Positions 12,446 through 25,452 of a stretch of DNA of 64,000 bases are shown here, one piece after another. The stretch is taken from contig BROI01000032.1 in the NCBI GenBank assembly GCA_027923505.1, positions 186,001-250,000 on the forward strand. The letters are read 5' to 3'. The notes under the pieces were generated by a model that saw nothing but the letters and a program-made list of their open reading frames with translations, did not search any database and had not been told where the DNA came from. Origin of the DNA: Mayamaea pseudoterrestris. Taxonomy: Eukaryota. Position 1 is the first letter of the stretch. Each line of letters begins with the position of its first letter. A program made the translations under genes and the position numbers.

Positions 12446-12495
<50 letters not shown>

Positions 12496-13203
12496 ACGCT
12501 TGACGACGACTTGCCGGAAACCCAGGGCATGTTATAAAAGTCGGGTTCCGCCTCAGGGTTGGATCTTGCGCGAACGCCAGTTCCCTTGACCTTCATGCGG
12601 CGAATCTGCGAAAGAAGCGTCGGCTTGCCTCGGAGGAAGCATTCATGGTAGTAGCCGGAACGATCGGGTCCTGTAACAAGAATAAGGGTAATTCATTAGA
12701 CTCTTATTCATTGGCACCTGCTTGCCATCGCCTCGTTCCGATGAGCAGTAAAATGCACGCGCACCTCCATTGCACGTACCTTTGGTGATTCTTTGGAATG
12801 AATACAGATTCAATTGTCTAGAGAAACTCGGAAGCTTGGAGACGCCGTTAAAGTAATGCGCAAGGAGCTTTTTGAACTCCTCCGGTTTGTGTACGACAAA
12901 GCATCGACCATGCGGCTGCCAGGACACAATGTGGCTGTGACCTTCGGCATCGACGCGCGACAGCATGTCGTACAGCTTGTAGGGAAAGGAGGGACTGCCA
13001 CCCGAGGCGCGAAAGAGGTCCGAGGATGACTGGCACTCGGTTTCGTTGGAATGATCATGGTAGTCATGGTGGACCGTGATGTGAGCGTGCGACTTTTTCA
13101 GAGAGCCGGATGGCACGGTTTGCACGTTGTTGTCTTGCGAGAGAAAGTTTGCCAAGGAGAAGCTCTCCACAAGCATGGGTGCTCGTTGGCCTGCAATGCA
13201 CAT
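12135..13203 (-). CDS. Heat shock transcription factor with poly-Q tract (exons 12780-13203, 12135-12670)
   Basis: HSF DBD: FPYKLYDML..IVSWQPHGRCFVVH..SFSRQLNLYSFQRITKG^PDRSGYYHECFLRGKP. Removing the intron at 12671-12779 restores the domain. Confidence 0.9.
12447..12494 (-). repeat. Pure (CAG)16 microsatellite encoding poly-Q in the HSF
   Basis: Uninterrupted (ctg)16 on the + strand. Confidence 0.95.
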
Positions 13204-14587
13204 GATGAATGTTGTTGCTGTAGAATACTAGTGTGTTTTGTTTTTGATGCGGTTGTGTTTGTGAGTTGTGCGAGACGGTTTTTTGTCGGTCGTCGCGCGG
13301 AGTCTCCATTTCGCTGATTTCTCCGCGCTTGTTCCGTGGATCCAGTCCCGTGACTCCGGTGGAACAGTCACACTGCCCGAAGCAGCAACTAAGCCCTTCA
13401 ACCACAGAACAAGCAAATTTCTGCATTTGCAAGTGTTCATTGAGGCTGATGGCTCCCAGCCAGCTCAGAACTTCAATGTTGTGACTGTGAAGTGACCGTC
13501 CGCGAAGGGAAAGTCGGATGTGCCGCGTTTCTGAGATCAACAAGGAATAGAGGGGATTCGGATTCGGGACAGGTCGTCGTTGAATTTAGACTTGGCAGCT
13601 GCGGCTGTACTCTGCTTGTTGACGCCAGACCGATGCTGCAAGCAACAGCAAAGCCACAGAGCGTTTCTCAGGTGCTTGTCATAATAATATCATTGCATGC
13701 CACCAAAATGCACGAGTCGAACAAAGCGCGAGCTGATTGACTGTGAGTATCTGGAAGCCGGTCCCAAGTCGTCACTACCATGTACTACAACTCCGTAAAC
13801 GTATTTTTAGTAAATCCAGCTTGTATAACCAGTTGCATTGCAATCCGTTGGGTAAAGCGTGGTCATTACTATGTGGTCCATCCAAGCAGCAAGTAAAAGG
13901 CCGTAACAGTTTTTGCAGCACCTATGGAACGCTACAAACTTTACTAATAATTCTATCTACACACCCTGCTACAACATGTTGGTGTAGCATAGACTATACG
14001 AGTACTCCTACAACCTTACCGGTAGAGGTTTGATGCACGCACCTCGCGACGAATCTTTCGAAAGCACGATCGCGAATGTTGATGTAGAACTAATTGCCTT
14101 CTATGACTATGACCACATTGACCTTTTCATTCATGTTCAGGATGCATTGGGTCTCCACCTGCCACTCTTGTAAAATAATTCTTACACAACTCGAACCTCA
14201 AGCTCAAGGCTCCTATGGCCCACACTGCCACTCGCCAAGGAGGGTGTTTGGTATAGAATAACAACTCTAATGGGACTAGCAAAAATATTTATTCTACAAA
14301 ACTCCCACAATACAGCTTACCTACTGCGCAAAATTCACCCCCTATTGCCCAGTTAACGGGCGAATGTATCTCTCTGGTCGTAGTCGCCGAGTTTGGGTCA
14401 TTCTTCCCGACAAAGTCCTGCCGAATTCGAGCAGGCAGCTGTTCTGTGTAGAGGTCAGTAGAGGTCAGTACGAATCCACAGATTCGGAGGCCAGCCAATT
14501 GCCTCCTTCGGCTTGACGTATCACTGGCCAGCCTTCATACTGCCTTCCATTTCACGTCATTATCCCGGCATTAACAAGCTTTTGACC

Positions 14588-15754
14588 ATGGAACAGCACC
14601 CCTTTCCCATTGCCTCTACGGCGAGTCGCGAGACCTTTCGTCGCTCTCTCCAGAGCTCCTTGAACGACGTTCTTGGTTATCTCGGAGGCCTGGAACCATA
14701 CGTTTCAGCCGCGAGCCGCCCATTCGATTTCCCTCCCTTGCCAGCACCGCGGGGTTTGCCTATGCTGCATGATTCAACTGCGCTTTCGACCAGCCCGCCT
14801 TCCTCTCTCTTGATGCAGACTCTCGGTATGAATCAGGGCAGCATGGCTCGTCAACTCTCGCCCCTCTATGCTAGCCAGCTGGAATCACAAATGAAACAAG
14901 AAGCCCTTAAGAAGCATGCGGAGAAGCAAATCAAAAATGCTCAAATTTCGGCTTTTTTGCAGCAAATGGCCTTGGAGAAGCGTCAGGAAACTTTGCGGGA
15001 TGCGTTACTCTTTCGCCTGCTCCAGTCGCGTCGCGCCGAGAATCAGCCACTCCAGCAACAGCATCAGCCATTCGAAAGCGCGGGAGTCATTGCGCAAGGC
15101 AGCACCTTTCACGAGCAAGACTCGATTCCATCGGTGGTGACCATCCCGGCTGCCAACGATCGTTTTATAGGGGAACAACAAGTCAAAGTCCAGCAGCGCA
15201 AGCAAAATGCATTCACGTTGCATGCCCTTGGCAACAATTTGCGCAGTCGCAACGATCCGTTCATTGACTGCTTGGACATTGCAGACCCCAACGAAGACCA
15301 CCAAGCCAAGCCGTCGAAGCAGCGGCGCGCTCGAGGCGGCGTCGCCTCGCACTTTCCGGAACGATTGCACCAAATGCTGCTTGACGTTCAAGACAATGAT
15401 CAGACTGACATTGTATCCTTCTTGTCCCACGGGCGGGCGTTTTCTGTGCATGACATGGATCGCTTCGTTTCCGAGGTGCTTCCCAAGTACTTTAAGCAAA
15501 GCAAGTGGAACTCGTTTGCTCGACAGCTTTCTCTCTACGGCTTTATTCGCATTGCCAATGGACCAGATGCGGGTGGTTACTGGCACGAACTCTTTCTACA
15601 GTCGCGGCCAAGCCTTTGTTTGCACATGCGACGGGTCGGCGTACCAACCGCGCAGCAGGATCGACGCAAGTGCCGCCCGAAGAACGTTTCGGATCTGGAA
15701 GAGCCAGACTTTTACGCCATGAAGAAGAGTATGCGGATGAAGGACAGTGAGTAG
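14588..15754 (+). CDS. Heat shock transcription factor with C-terminal DNA-binding domain
   Basis: RGGVASHFPERLHQML..IVSFLSHGRAFSVH..YFKQSKWNSFARQLSLYGFIRI..GPDAGGYWHELFLQ. First ATG at 14588. Confidence 0.9.
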   Translation: MEQHPFPIASTASRETFRRSLQSSLNDVLGYLGGLEPYVSAASRPFDFPPLPAPRGLPMLHDSTALSTSPPSSLLMQTLGMNQGSMARQLSPLYASQLESQMKQEALKKHAEKQIKNAQISAFLQQMALEKRQETLRDALLFRLLQSRRAENQPLQQQHQPFESAGVIAQGSTFHEQDSIPSVVTIPAANDRFIGEQQVKVQQRKQNAFTLHALGNNLRSRNDPFIDCLDIADPNEDHQAKPSKQRRARGGVASHFPERLHQMLLDVQDNDQTDIVSFLSHGRAFSVHDMDRFVSEVLPKYFKQSKWNSFARQLSLYGFIRIANGPDAGGYWHELFLQSRPSLCLHMRRVGVPTAQQDRRKCRPKNVSDLEEPDFYAMKKSMRMKDSE

Positions 15755-15933
15755 GAACAGGCAAGATTGGACGGGGTTGGTGGAGGATTAGTTACTTTTT
15801 GGTTGACAATCAATTAGATGATTGTCGACCATTTCATTACATTTATAAAACAGAACAGTTACACATGGTTTTAGTCTAAGAACTGTTTACATGAATTATG
15901 ATTCGTGAACGAGCATGTTAATCACCGTGTCGC

Positions 15934-18900
15934 CTATGGGTTCTGCAACATGAACTTGCTCATCTCCTTCACACTGATCATCATGCCCCCACCCACCCAA
16001 GGCAATTTGTCAACGTCTTCAACGGTTATATCGCTGACTGATTCCTTTGCAATCATGTTGGCTACGAGCTGTTTCATTTTGCGCTTGTTCGGCTGTCCAA
16101 GGCGTGCATACCAGGTGTAAAATTGGCGCATTTGTTGAACCGAAAGATCATTGCTTCTTGCTCCGCCATTGGCTGACGGAGAAGGAGAAGCGCTTCTCTG
16201 AGTGACATCAGTTCTTTTGTCTTTATCAGCTTCCCTCTTCTGTTTGTCTGCCGCCTCGCGACGGGCAGTATCGATAGCTCGTTCATCAGCTTGCCTTTGG
16301 GTAGCCACGCGACGAGCTTGGGTCTGAGCTACTTGACGACGCGCACTCTCTTCTTCTTCCTTCGTCTTGGCTTTTTTGTCCTCGGCCTTGCGGCGAGCAT
16401 CGTCCTCAGCATCCTGACGAGCCTTGGCTTCTGCTGCCTCCCTCGTCTTCCGTATTGCTGCCTCACGACGAGCCTTGTCATCCGCGTCGTGGCGTGCTTG
16501 CTCGTCTGCAACTTCCTTTGCCCTTTTCTCGGCTGCGTCACGACGACCTCTTTCTTCAGCATCGCGGCGTGCTTGCTCTTCAGCAAGTTCTTTGGCCCTT
16601 CTCTCGGCTGCATCGAGACGAGCCCGTTCAGCATCATGGCGTGCTTGCACTTCAGCAATTTCGTTGGCTTTCCGCTGTACTTCTTCGCGACGAGCAGTGT
16701 CTGCAGCAATTTGGCGCGCTCGTTCTTGGTCGTTCTCTTGCTTAGCCATAGCGATCGCTTTTGCTTTCTCTCTCCTCGCTTGAACGTCGGCGGCAATTCT
16801 TGCTCTTTCAGCAGTTTCTCGACGGCTCGACTCCTCAGCTTTTAGCCTGATTTTCTCTGCGTCTGCCGCGAGTTTTGCAGTTTCTTCGGCAATCGTCCGC
16901 GCCTGCTCCACTTCATCGCGTGCAATGCGCTCCGCACGCTCTAGTTTATATCGTTCGTCAGCCAAATTTGCCTCCGCGAGCCTAGCCTTCTCCTCGGCAA
17001 TGCGCAATTTCTCTTCAGCAAGGCGCGCACGCTCCTCGGCCTCGAGTCTTGCTTTTTGTTCGGCCTTGAGAAGAAAATTGTCATTATCGTCTGGTCGTTC
17101 ATTTCTTGCTAAGGCGTCCTTGGCGCCCCGTTGGTGATACTCGTCATATGCATTCCCTTGGTCAAAATCTTTGGGATTCCGCCCGTCCAGTGCCGATTTA
17201 AACGGTACACTTGTTGTTGGGATATCTCGGTTATTGTGAAATGAGTTTGTATTGCCACTACAATCAGAATCACGCCCACTAGACTCTGCCGTACTAATGC
17301 TCCTTTGGTTCATTGGATTGCCGAACTCGTCATAAGCGGTAAATTTGTCAAAATCTTTTGGATTTCGACCGTTCAAAGACACTTTGACATGCGAGGATTG
17401 AATTCCATCATCAGACAATCCTTTGCTTCTATCGGGGCTAATTATGTTGCCATACTTATCATAGCCTGCAGACTTGTCAAAATCCTTAGGATTCCGCCCT
17501 TGCAATGATGGTGTACCCGGCGACATTCTGGTTCCAGAATTGCTTATTGGATTCCCATACGCATCGTAGTCTACAGACTTGTCAAAATCCATGGGGTTGC
17601 GGCCGCTCAACGATGACTTGCCGGGTGATTTTCTGGTGCCATTGGAACTAACTGGATTGCCAAATTCATCGTAAGCTATAGACTTGTCAAAGTCCTTGGG
17701 GTCTCGACCATTCAGAGTCGGTTGGACAGGCGACGCCGACTTTCCATTGGAGCCTTTCAACCTGCCGTACTCGTCATAGGCGTTGGCTTGGTCAAAGTCC
17801 CTTGGATTCCGACCGTTCAGACTTTGTTTTCCAGACGATGACTTCGTCCCATTAGAACTCTTTAAATTGCCATATTCATCATAGGCGTTGGCTTGGTCAA
17901 AGTCCGTTGGATTCCGACCAGTCAGAGTCGATTTGTCAGGCGATGAGTTCATGTTGCTGCGGCTTATTGGATTACCATACTTGTCGTATGCGTTTGCTCG
18001 GTCAAAGTCTTTCGGATTGCGGCCTTTTAACGAATTTGTTGCACCAAATGTGCGATTCGTGCCATCATTTCCATTTGGACTAGCATTTGCAAAACCTTTG
18101 CGCGCCGGTGACAAAGGCGCGCTAGAATTACTTTGTGGCCCGACAGGCGACTTCTGGCCATTTTGCGACGATGCCTGGGCAGACACATCGTTATCTTTTG
18201 TACGTAGTTTTGCCTTACCGTATGGATCTCCGTGATCAAAATCTGGAGGGTTAAAGTCAAGCGTTAGCGACTGTCATCGAAATCGAAACAATTCATGTCG
18301 TTGCAATCACCTTTGGGATTTCGGCCTGAAAGTGGATTCGATCGGTTTGGTGATGATGTCCCATTTCCATTGCTGGAACATTCTCCCGCATCGTTTGCTT
18401 CCCTGGCAGCTCGAGCCTTGTCGCCGTATGGGTCTCCCTTGCCAAAATCTGAATTAAACGACAAAGAGAGTAGGAAATCAGTACTATTATTTGAGTTCAG
18501 TTAACAAGGCGTCAATGATAAGGGATAGAAATAATCTACTCACCTACAGGATTGCGTCCCGACAACGACACGGACGGAGACTGGCTGCTTCGCATAGAAG
18601 GTGACTGCGACGACGTTGGGTATGGTCCAGTCGGTTGTCGACTTGGAGTTGACGGCGCATCAGATACCCCTTGAGCGGCATCCGGACTGTGCTTCAAATT
18701 TGATTTGTTATTTCCGTATCCATCTCCTTGATCAAAATCTGGAACCGAGAAAGCAATGTGAGCAAGTTAATCGTTTATTGCATGCGCTTGATGGGCATCA
18801 AGACTTGTTGACAGTAACTTACCCCTTGGGTTTCGACCGGCAAGTGGACTCGAGTAGCTGGATTTTGACGACGGTTCTTTGATAAAGTTATGTGCCGCAT

Positions 18901-19225
18901 CTGCTGCTTCCTTGGCAGCTCGAGCTTTGTCCCCGTATGGATCACCCTTGTCGAAGTCTGGGACATACCGTGGGACATGAATAAGGGAAAAAGGTCAGCG
19001 CAAGCATTTATGCGAGCTCAGTCGATGTTTAAACATTCGACTATTCTTACCTACTGGGTTTCGTCCAGCCAAAGAAACAGTGGGAGATTGAATCTTCGAT
19101 GAATCGGCAGAAGTCGGCGGATCATTCTTTGATGGGTCCGACGATTTGTTCTTTGGTGGCTTTTTTGAAGAAGGAGACTCAAATATGTTGCTACTTTTAT
19201 CCTTGTTTCTGTTGAAAAGCTTCAT
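15934..19225 (-). CDS. ~983-aa orphan: 12 LxGRNPxDFD..(AY/GD).. repeats, E/A/R-rich coiled coil, small C-terminal domain (exons 19051-19225, 18823-18957, 18544-18738, 18311-18448, 15934-18242)
   Basis: Four GT-AG introns (18958-19050, 18739-18822, 18449-18543, 18243-18310) join the ORF fragments in one frame. Internal exons are 135, 195 and 138 nt, all multiples of 3. Confidence 0.8.
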
Positions 19226-19487
19226 CTATCATTTATAGCTGAAGTAGTGCTACCAGTGGTTTCACTGGTTACTTAATGGATCAATGGTAAGTCGAGACAA
19301 AGGGCACCGCAGGACGTCATGGTCATTATTTCCGTGTGCGATGATGGTTTCAATACCGTTACGACTGATTGACGTTCGGGAAAATTCAGTAAAACAGCTT
19401 CATTTTTTCTCTTCGTCGCCATTCACCATGATTAGCGCTCCTACTACTGGCTTCTACCAGTAAAACAATTGCAATAAACGCAGCAAA

Positions 19488-22400
19488 ATGGAAATTGACT
19501 CAGGCGACTCTTTGTCCGAGTCTTACTTGTTTCTCGAGGAAATGGAAGCTCTGGAATGCATCGCAATCATCACGTGCCACCAGACGACGCACGAGAATGC
19601 TGCATCGTCGTTATCTGACTCCGACAAGAGCCAATGCCTCGCCCGTCTACGCAACATTTTCGACAAGTATTTGGAGTGCCCTACGCTTCTTGACAAGTCG
19701 ATTGAGAAAATGGTGCAACTCTTGGCTCAATGTCAGCTCGAGAGCACTGGCATTGAACGTCATGCATTGTCGGCAGTATACACGCTCTCCAAGGTGCGTG
19801 GTCGCAAGACGATACAGCGATTTCTGCCCCATAACGTATCAGACATGCAGTCAGTCTGGAATGCGCTTTTGAATGCGAGCGAATTGTATTATTCACTACA
19901 GAGTGACAAAGAATGTGAGGAACCTCCGCTGTGGGAATCCGTTTACACTCTTTGGAACTGGATGAATGTTCTCGCACTCGTTCCCTTTGACATTACCATT
20001 TTTACGCAAGACTCTTTCATTTATGCATTATTGACCAAGGCGAGTCACGCGCTTTGCGAGGCTGGACCTGTTCGAGAAGCTGCCGCCGCCTGTCTTGCCA
20101 GCTGGTTTGTTCGACCCGATTTTGATGAGCATTTACTTTGCTTTGTGGACCAATCTAAAATTGTGTTTAACGACTATCAAATGAAACATAACTACAATCA
20201 AAAATTAGCATTTCAAGTCATGGGAAATTTGCAAGTGATCAATACGATACTGAAACAATCCACTGCGCCTCGCGAGCGACTGTTGCAACTCTTTTTGCCG
20301 CTGTGGGAGCCCATTGAGAGATTGCAGTCCAATAACAATCTCTTGCTCACCAAGTTACTTGTCAAGTGGTGGACTCGCATGAGTGTCACATGCCTAGCCC
20401 CACGAGTCGCTGTATGGAGGTATCAGCGCGGGAAGCGATGTTTGATGGATCCAGTGACTGCTGGTGGCGGTAATACGGACGAGCCTTGTAACGCTACTCA
20501 AATTAGCAGCGCACCAAAGCAAGAGCATGTATACACTTTGTTTCATGTACCCGACACGGTGGAGCAAGGCATGGGACTGTTGATTCCAGCGCTCGGTCAT
20601 TCGTCAACGATTGTGCGATGGTCGGCAGCCAAGGGAATTGGCCGAATTACGCAACGATTGCCAGCCGTTTGTGCGCACGATGTGCTGGACGCAATTTTGG
20701 ATTACTTTGAGGATGTTGATAATGATCAATATTGGCACGGAGCGTGTCTGGCGCTGGCAGAGTTAGCAAGGCGGGGTCTGCTGTTACCAGAGAGGTTGCA
20801 AGAAATTGTACCATTTGTTGTCACTGCCATTCTCTATGACATTCCACGGGGCAAGGGTAGTGTGGGTGCTCATGTTCGAGATGCCGCCTGCTACACCTTT
20901 TGGGCATTCGCAAGGGCGTACGAGTCCAAGAGTATGCGGCCTTTTATGGCGGAGTTGAGCGAAGCGATTGTACTGACAAGCTTGTTCGATCGAGAAGTCA
21001 ATTGCCGTCGAGCTGCTAGCGCTGCCTTTCAGGAAGCTGTGGGACGACAAGGGTCCGCCAATTTTCCCAATGGCATTGCGATCTTGACTGTCGCTGACTT
21101 TTTCTCGCTTGGGAATCGCAAACAAGCGTATCTCTCCATCGCAAAAAATGTTGCCTCGTTCGACGAATATCGTACACCAATCATACGACACCTGTCCAGC
21201 GCCAAACTATTTCACTGGGATATAAAAATACGCGTACTTGCGTCGCAGTCACTGCAGCAGATTACAAAGCTCGATCCAGGCTATGTCGGAGGAGAAATAT
21301 TGCCTCTTTTATTGGAGAAATCGCTCGACCCAACGAAGTTGAATGTGCGACATGGAGCTGTGTTGGGTGTCGCAGAGATTATTTTGGCTCTGGCAGAGGA
21401 AAATGTGATCGATGCATGCGTCCATGAGGATACTTTAAGTCGCCTTATATCTCTGGTGCCAAGATTAGAAAAGGCAAGGCTTTATCGTGGACGTGGTGGA
21501 GAAATAATGCGTTCGGGTGTTTGTCGGCTTGTCGAATGCATTTCTTTAGCTAAAATCTCGCTTGCAGTTCCAGACCAAGTTCGATTGCTTGATTCGATTG
21601 ATGCATGCATTCCGCATCCGTCGGAGGAGATTCAAAAGCGAGCCTGCATTGCTTTGAACCGACTCTTGACGCAATTCTTTCCTGTCGGCCTGAATGGTCC
21701 GTCCTCGAGGCTGCAGAGTCGCGTAATTGACAAGTTTGTCAGCTTGCTCGAATTAAGCGAGAACCCTGCTGCAACGCGCGGATACTCCATGGCTCTTGGA
21801 TATATACCAGCAAAGCTCTTGGCTCCAAACAAGGCCACGCTGGATGCGGTGCTTCACTGCCTCCACAAAGTGGCTCGATTTGATTCGCAGGTCGGTGGCG
21901 TGAGCGACGCTGAGACCCGACGAAACGCTTTAGAGGCCATGACCAACATTATAAGATCAGTCGACAAGATCAAATCTTTCGAAACGTTCCCTGTGGTTTG
22001 CCTCAATGCATCTCAGATAAACCTTCTTCTAACTGCGTTCCTTGACGGACTTGAGGATTATACATCGGACAAACGTGGTGATGTTGGTTCCTGGTGTCGC
22101 ATGGCAGCCATGAAAGGTTTAGTGCTACTTATTGAGCACAACTTATCTACGGTAGCCGATAAAGAGTGCTTTGACGCGGAAACTTTGACTCGGATTGTTG
22201 CGTTGATGATGAAGCAGCTTTGCGAGAAGCTGGATACGGCTCGGCAGTGCGCTGGCGCATGTCTCTACGAGATTCTCATTGCAGACGTAATACCAACATG
22301 CCGGATAGCTCATCATGAGAAACTACTTGTGATTTGGGATATTAAGAATGATTTGGAGAATGAGCGCTGGAACAAACATTTCTGGGTCTTTTCATCTGCT

Positions 22401-23054
22401 CTGAAGGTTGCATCATTGGGTAAGCCGATTTACTTTAAAAATGTAATTAAAGGTCTGGTCGTCAGCATCGGTGACCTAACCAAGTCCAGTTCGGAACTTG
22501 CGAGTTCAGCATTGCTCGAGTGGCTGAATGACCCGATGGGGATGATGTGCTTAAACATTGTTCTGCGCCACCTTGTCGACCTTCTGGCGAATGGCCCGAG
22601 CCGGGTCACGCTTCCGACGCTGAAGACAATGAATCTTTTTCTGACTCGGGCGTCATTGAATGACACCTTACACTCAGATTCAGATGATAGTTTGTCGAAT
22701 GAATGGCTCGCAGCGCTGATAAGAACGGAGAAGCATTATCGAGGCTCGGACATGAAACGCCTTCTTGTGCTAGTGGATGTGACGGTATCATTTTTACACG
22801 TCTTGCCAGGAAGCCATCAGACTCGTACTTCCACTGTGATGTTTCTCTGTTCACTCCTTGCTCATCCGTTTCCTCGAGTGCGCGGCTATGCAGCTGAACA
22901 ACTATACATGACCCTGCTGGAAGCAAGTAATGGCGAGGCCGACCTGTATGCAAAGGCTTTGGAGCTGCTGACTGAAACAGCGTGGACCTCTGAGCAATTT
23001 GATGCATTGTCTGCATCAAACGCCGTCGCTACGCAACTTGGGGTCTTGCATTAG
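19488..23054 (+). CDS. TBCD: Tubulin-folding cofactor D
   Basis: 1188 aa. VRWSAAKGIGR, WHGACLALAELARRGLLLP, GAHVRDAACY.WAFARAY, FDREVNCRRAASAAFQE.VGRQG, DYT.D.RGDVGSW.R. Confidence 0.95.
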   Translation: MEIDSGDSLSESYLFLEEMEALECIAIITCHQTTHENAASSLSDSDKSQCLARLRNIFDKYLECPTLLDKSIEKMVQLLAQCQLESTGIERHALSAVYTLSKVRGRKTIQRFLPHNVSDMQSVWNALLNASELYYSLQSDKECEEPPLWESVYTLWNWMNVLALVPFDITIFTQDSFIYALLTKASHALCEAGPVREAAAACLASWFVRPDFDEHLLCFVDQSKIVFNDYQMKHNYNQKLAFQVMGNLQVINTILKQSTAPRERLLQLFLPLWEPIERLQSNNNLLLTKLLVKWWTRMSVTCLAPRVAVWRYQRGKRCLMDPVTAGGGNTDEPCNATQISSAPKQEHVYTLFHVPDTVEQGMGLLIPALGHSSTIVRWSAAKGIGRITQRLPAVCAHDVLDAILDYFEDVDNDQYWHGACLALAELARRGLLLPERLQEIVPFVVTAILYDIPRGKGSVGAHVRDAACYTFWAFARAYESKSMRPFMAELSEAIVLTSLFDREVNCRRAASAAFQEAVGRQGSANFPNGIAILTVADFFSLGNRKQAYLSIAKNVASFDEYRTPIIRHLSSAKLFHWDIKIRVLASQSLQQITKLDPGYVGGEILPLLLEKSLDPTKLNVRHGAVLGVAEIILALAEENVIDACVHEDTLSRLISLVPRLEKARLYRGRGGEIMRSGVCRLVECISLAKISLAVPDQVRLLDSIDACIPHPSEEIQKRACIALNRLLTQFFPVGLNGPSSRLQSRVIDKFVSLLELSENPAATRGYSMALGYIPAKLLAPNKATLDAVLHCLHKVARFDSQVGGVSDAETRRNALEAMTNIIRSVDKIKSFETFPVVCLNASQINLLLTAFLDGLEDYTSDKRGDVGSWCRMAAMKGLVLLIEHNLSTVADKECFDAETLTRIVALMMKQLCEKLDTARQCAGACLYEILIADVIPTCRIAHHEKLLVIWDIKNDLENERWNKHFWVFSSALKVASLGKPIYFKNVIKGLVVSIGDLTKSSSELASSALLEWLNDPMGMMCLNIVLRHLVDLLANGPSRVTLPTLKTMNLFLTRASLNDTLHSDSDDSLSNEWLAALIRTEKHYRGSDMKRLLVLVDVTVSFLHVLPGSHQTRTSTVMFLCSLLAHPFPRVRGYAAEQLYMTLLEASNGEADLYAKALELLTETAWTSEQFDALSASNAVATQLGVLH

Positions 23055-23485
23055 TCCTAAATAGGTCGTTCTTGGAATTTATCTGCCGTCGTGCCGCTCG
23101 ACCAGATATACCTTCTACTAGGAAGCTGCTACAACTTTTGCAGCACTTTAATTTAGCTGTTTAGCTACCATGATACTAGTAGTGTCTGAACTATCTTGCT
23201 GCTAAGACTAGAATGGCAGCATGCATATCGATGTAACTATATATCTGTTCGCGGGGGCATAGCTAGCGTAAAGAAACGATAATGGGCGCCTGTACTCCGT
23301 TAAACGACCGATGAACTTTCGGTTCACGTAGGCTCCTTACCAGGCTGTACGAAAGATCCAAATCGCCGTGTGTTTTGCGAGCACGCAGCGCCCGCCCAGC
23401 ATTGATCGGCTTGCAGCAGCAGCGCGCTCATTGAAACACTTGTTGCTCTTTCTATTACCTTGTCGACCAGTCTATTTCCTTCTAA

Positions 23486-25151
<1,666 letters not shown>

Positions 25152-25452
25152 GCTCGTGTTCGACTCGAAGTGTGCGGCCCCATACAGTAGATACAAACAC
25201 CATGCCCTTGCTCTGATAATTCTATTTATTATTTGTCATGGACTCGAGTCGTTCCTCTACAATGTTCTTGTAGCGCAGCACCTTGTATCTATACTCGTTC
25301 ACAGTCAGTATATCGAGCGAGCAATGTAGAAGCACGTAACTTAGAGAAGGTACAGTCTTGAGACAACAGCAGTTTGGAAAGCATTACAAAATTAATATTA
25401 TAACCCATTAATTGTATGTTGCATAAAATTACTCTATATTCATTAACGAATT

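Noticed and set aside
14045..14080. Possible heat-shock element or hairpin (gaatctttcgaaag) between the HSF genes
   Set aside because: It does not fit the nGAAnnTTCn spacing and is too short to be significant.
17150..18030. Regularly spaced DNA repeats (gtcaaa.tc..t.ggatt.cg) resembling a CRISPR array
   Set aside because: They are degenerate at third codon positions and encode the GRNPxDFD protein repeat. The context is eukaryotic and has no cas genes.
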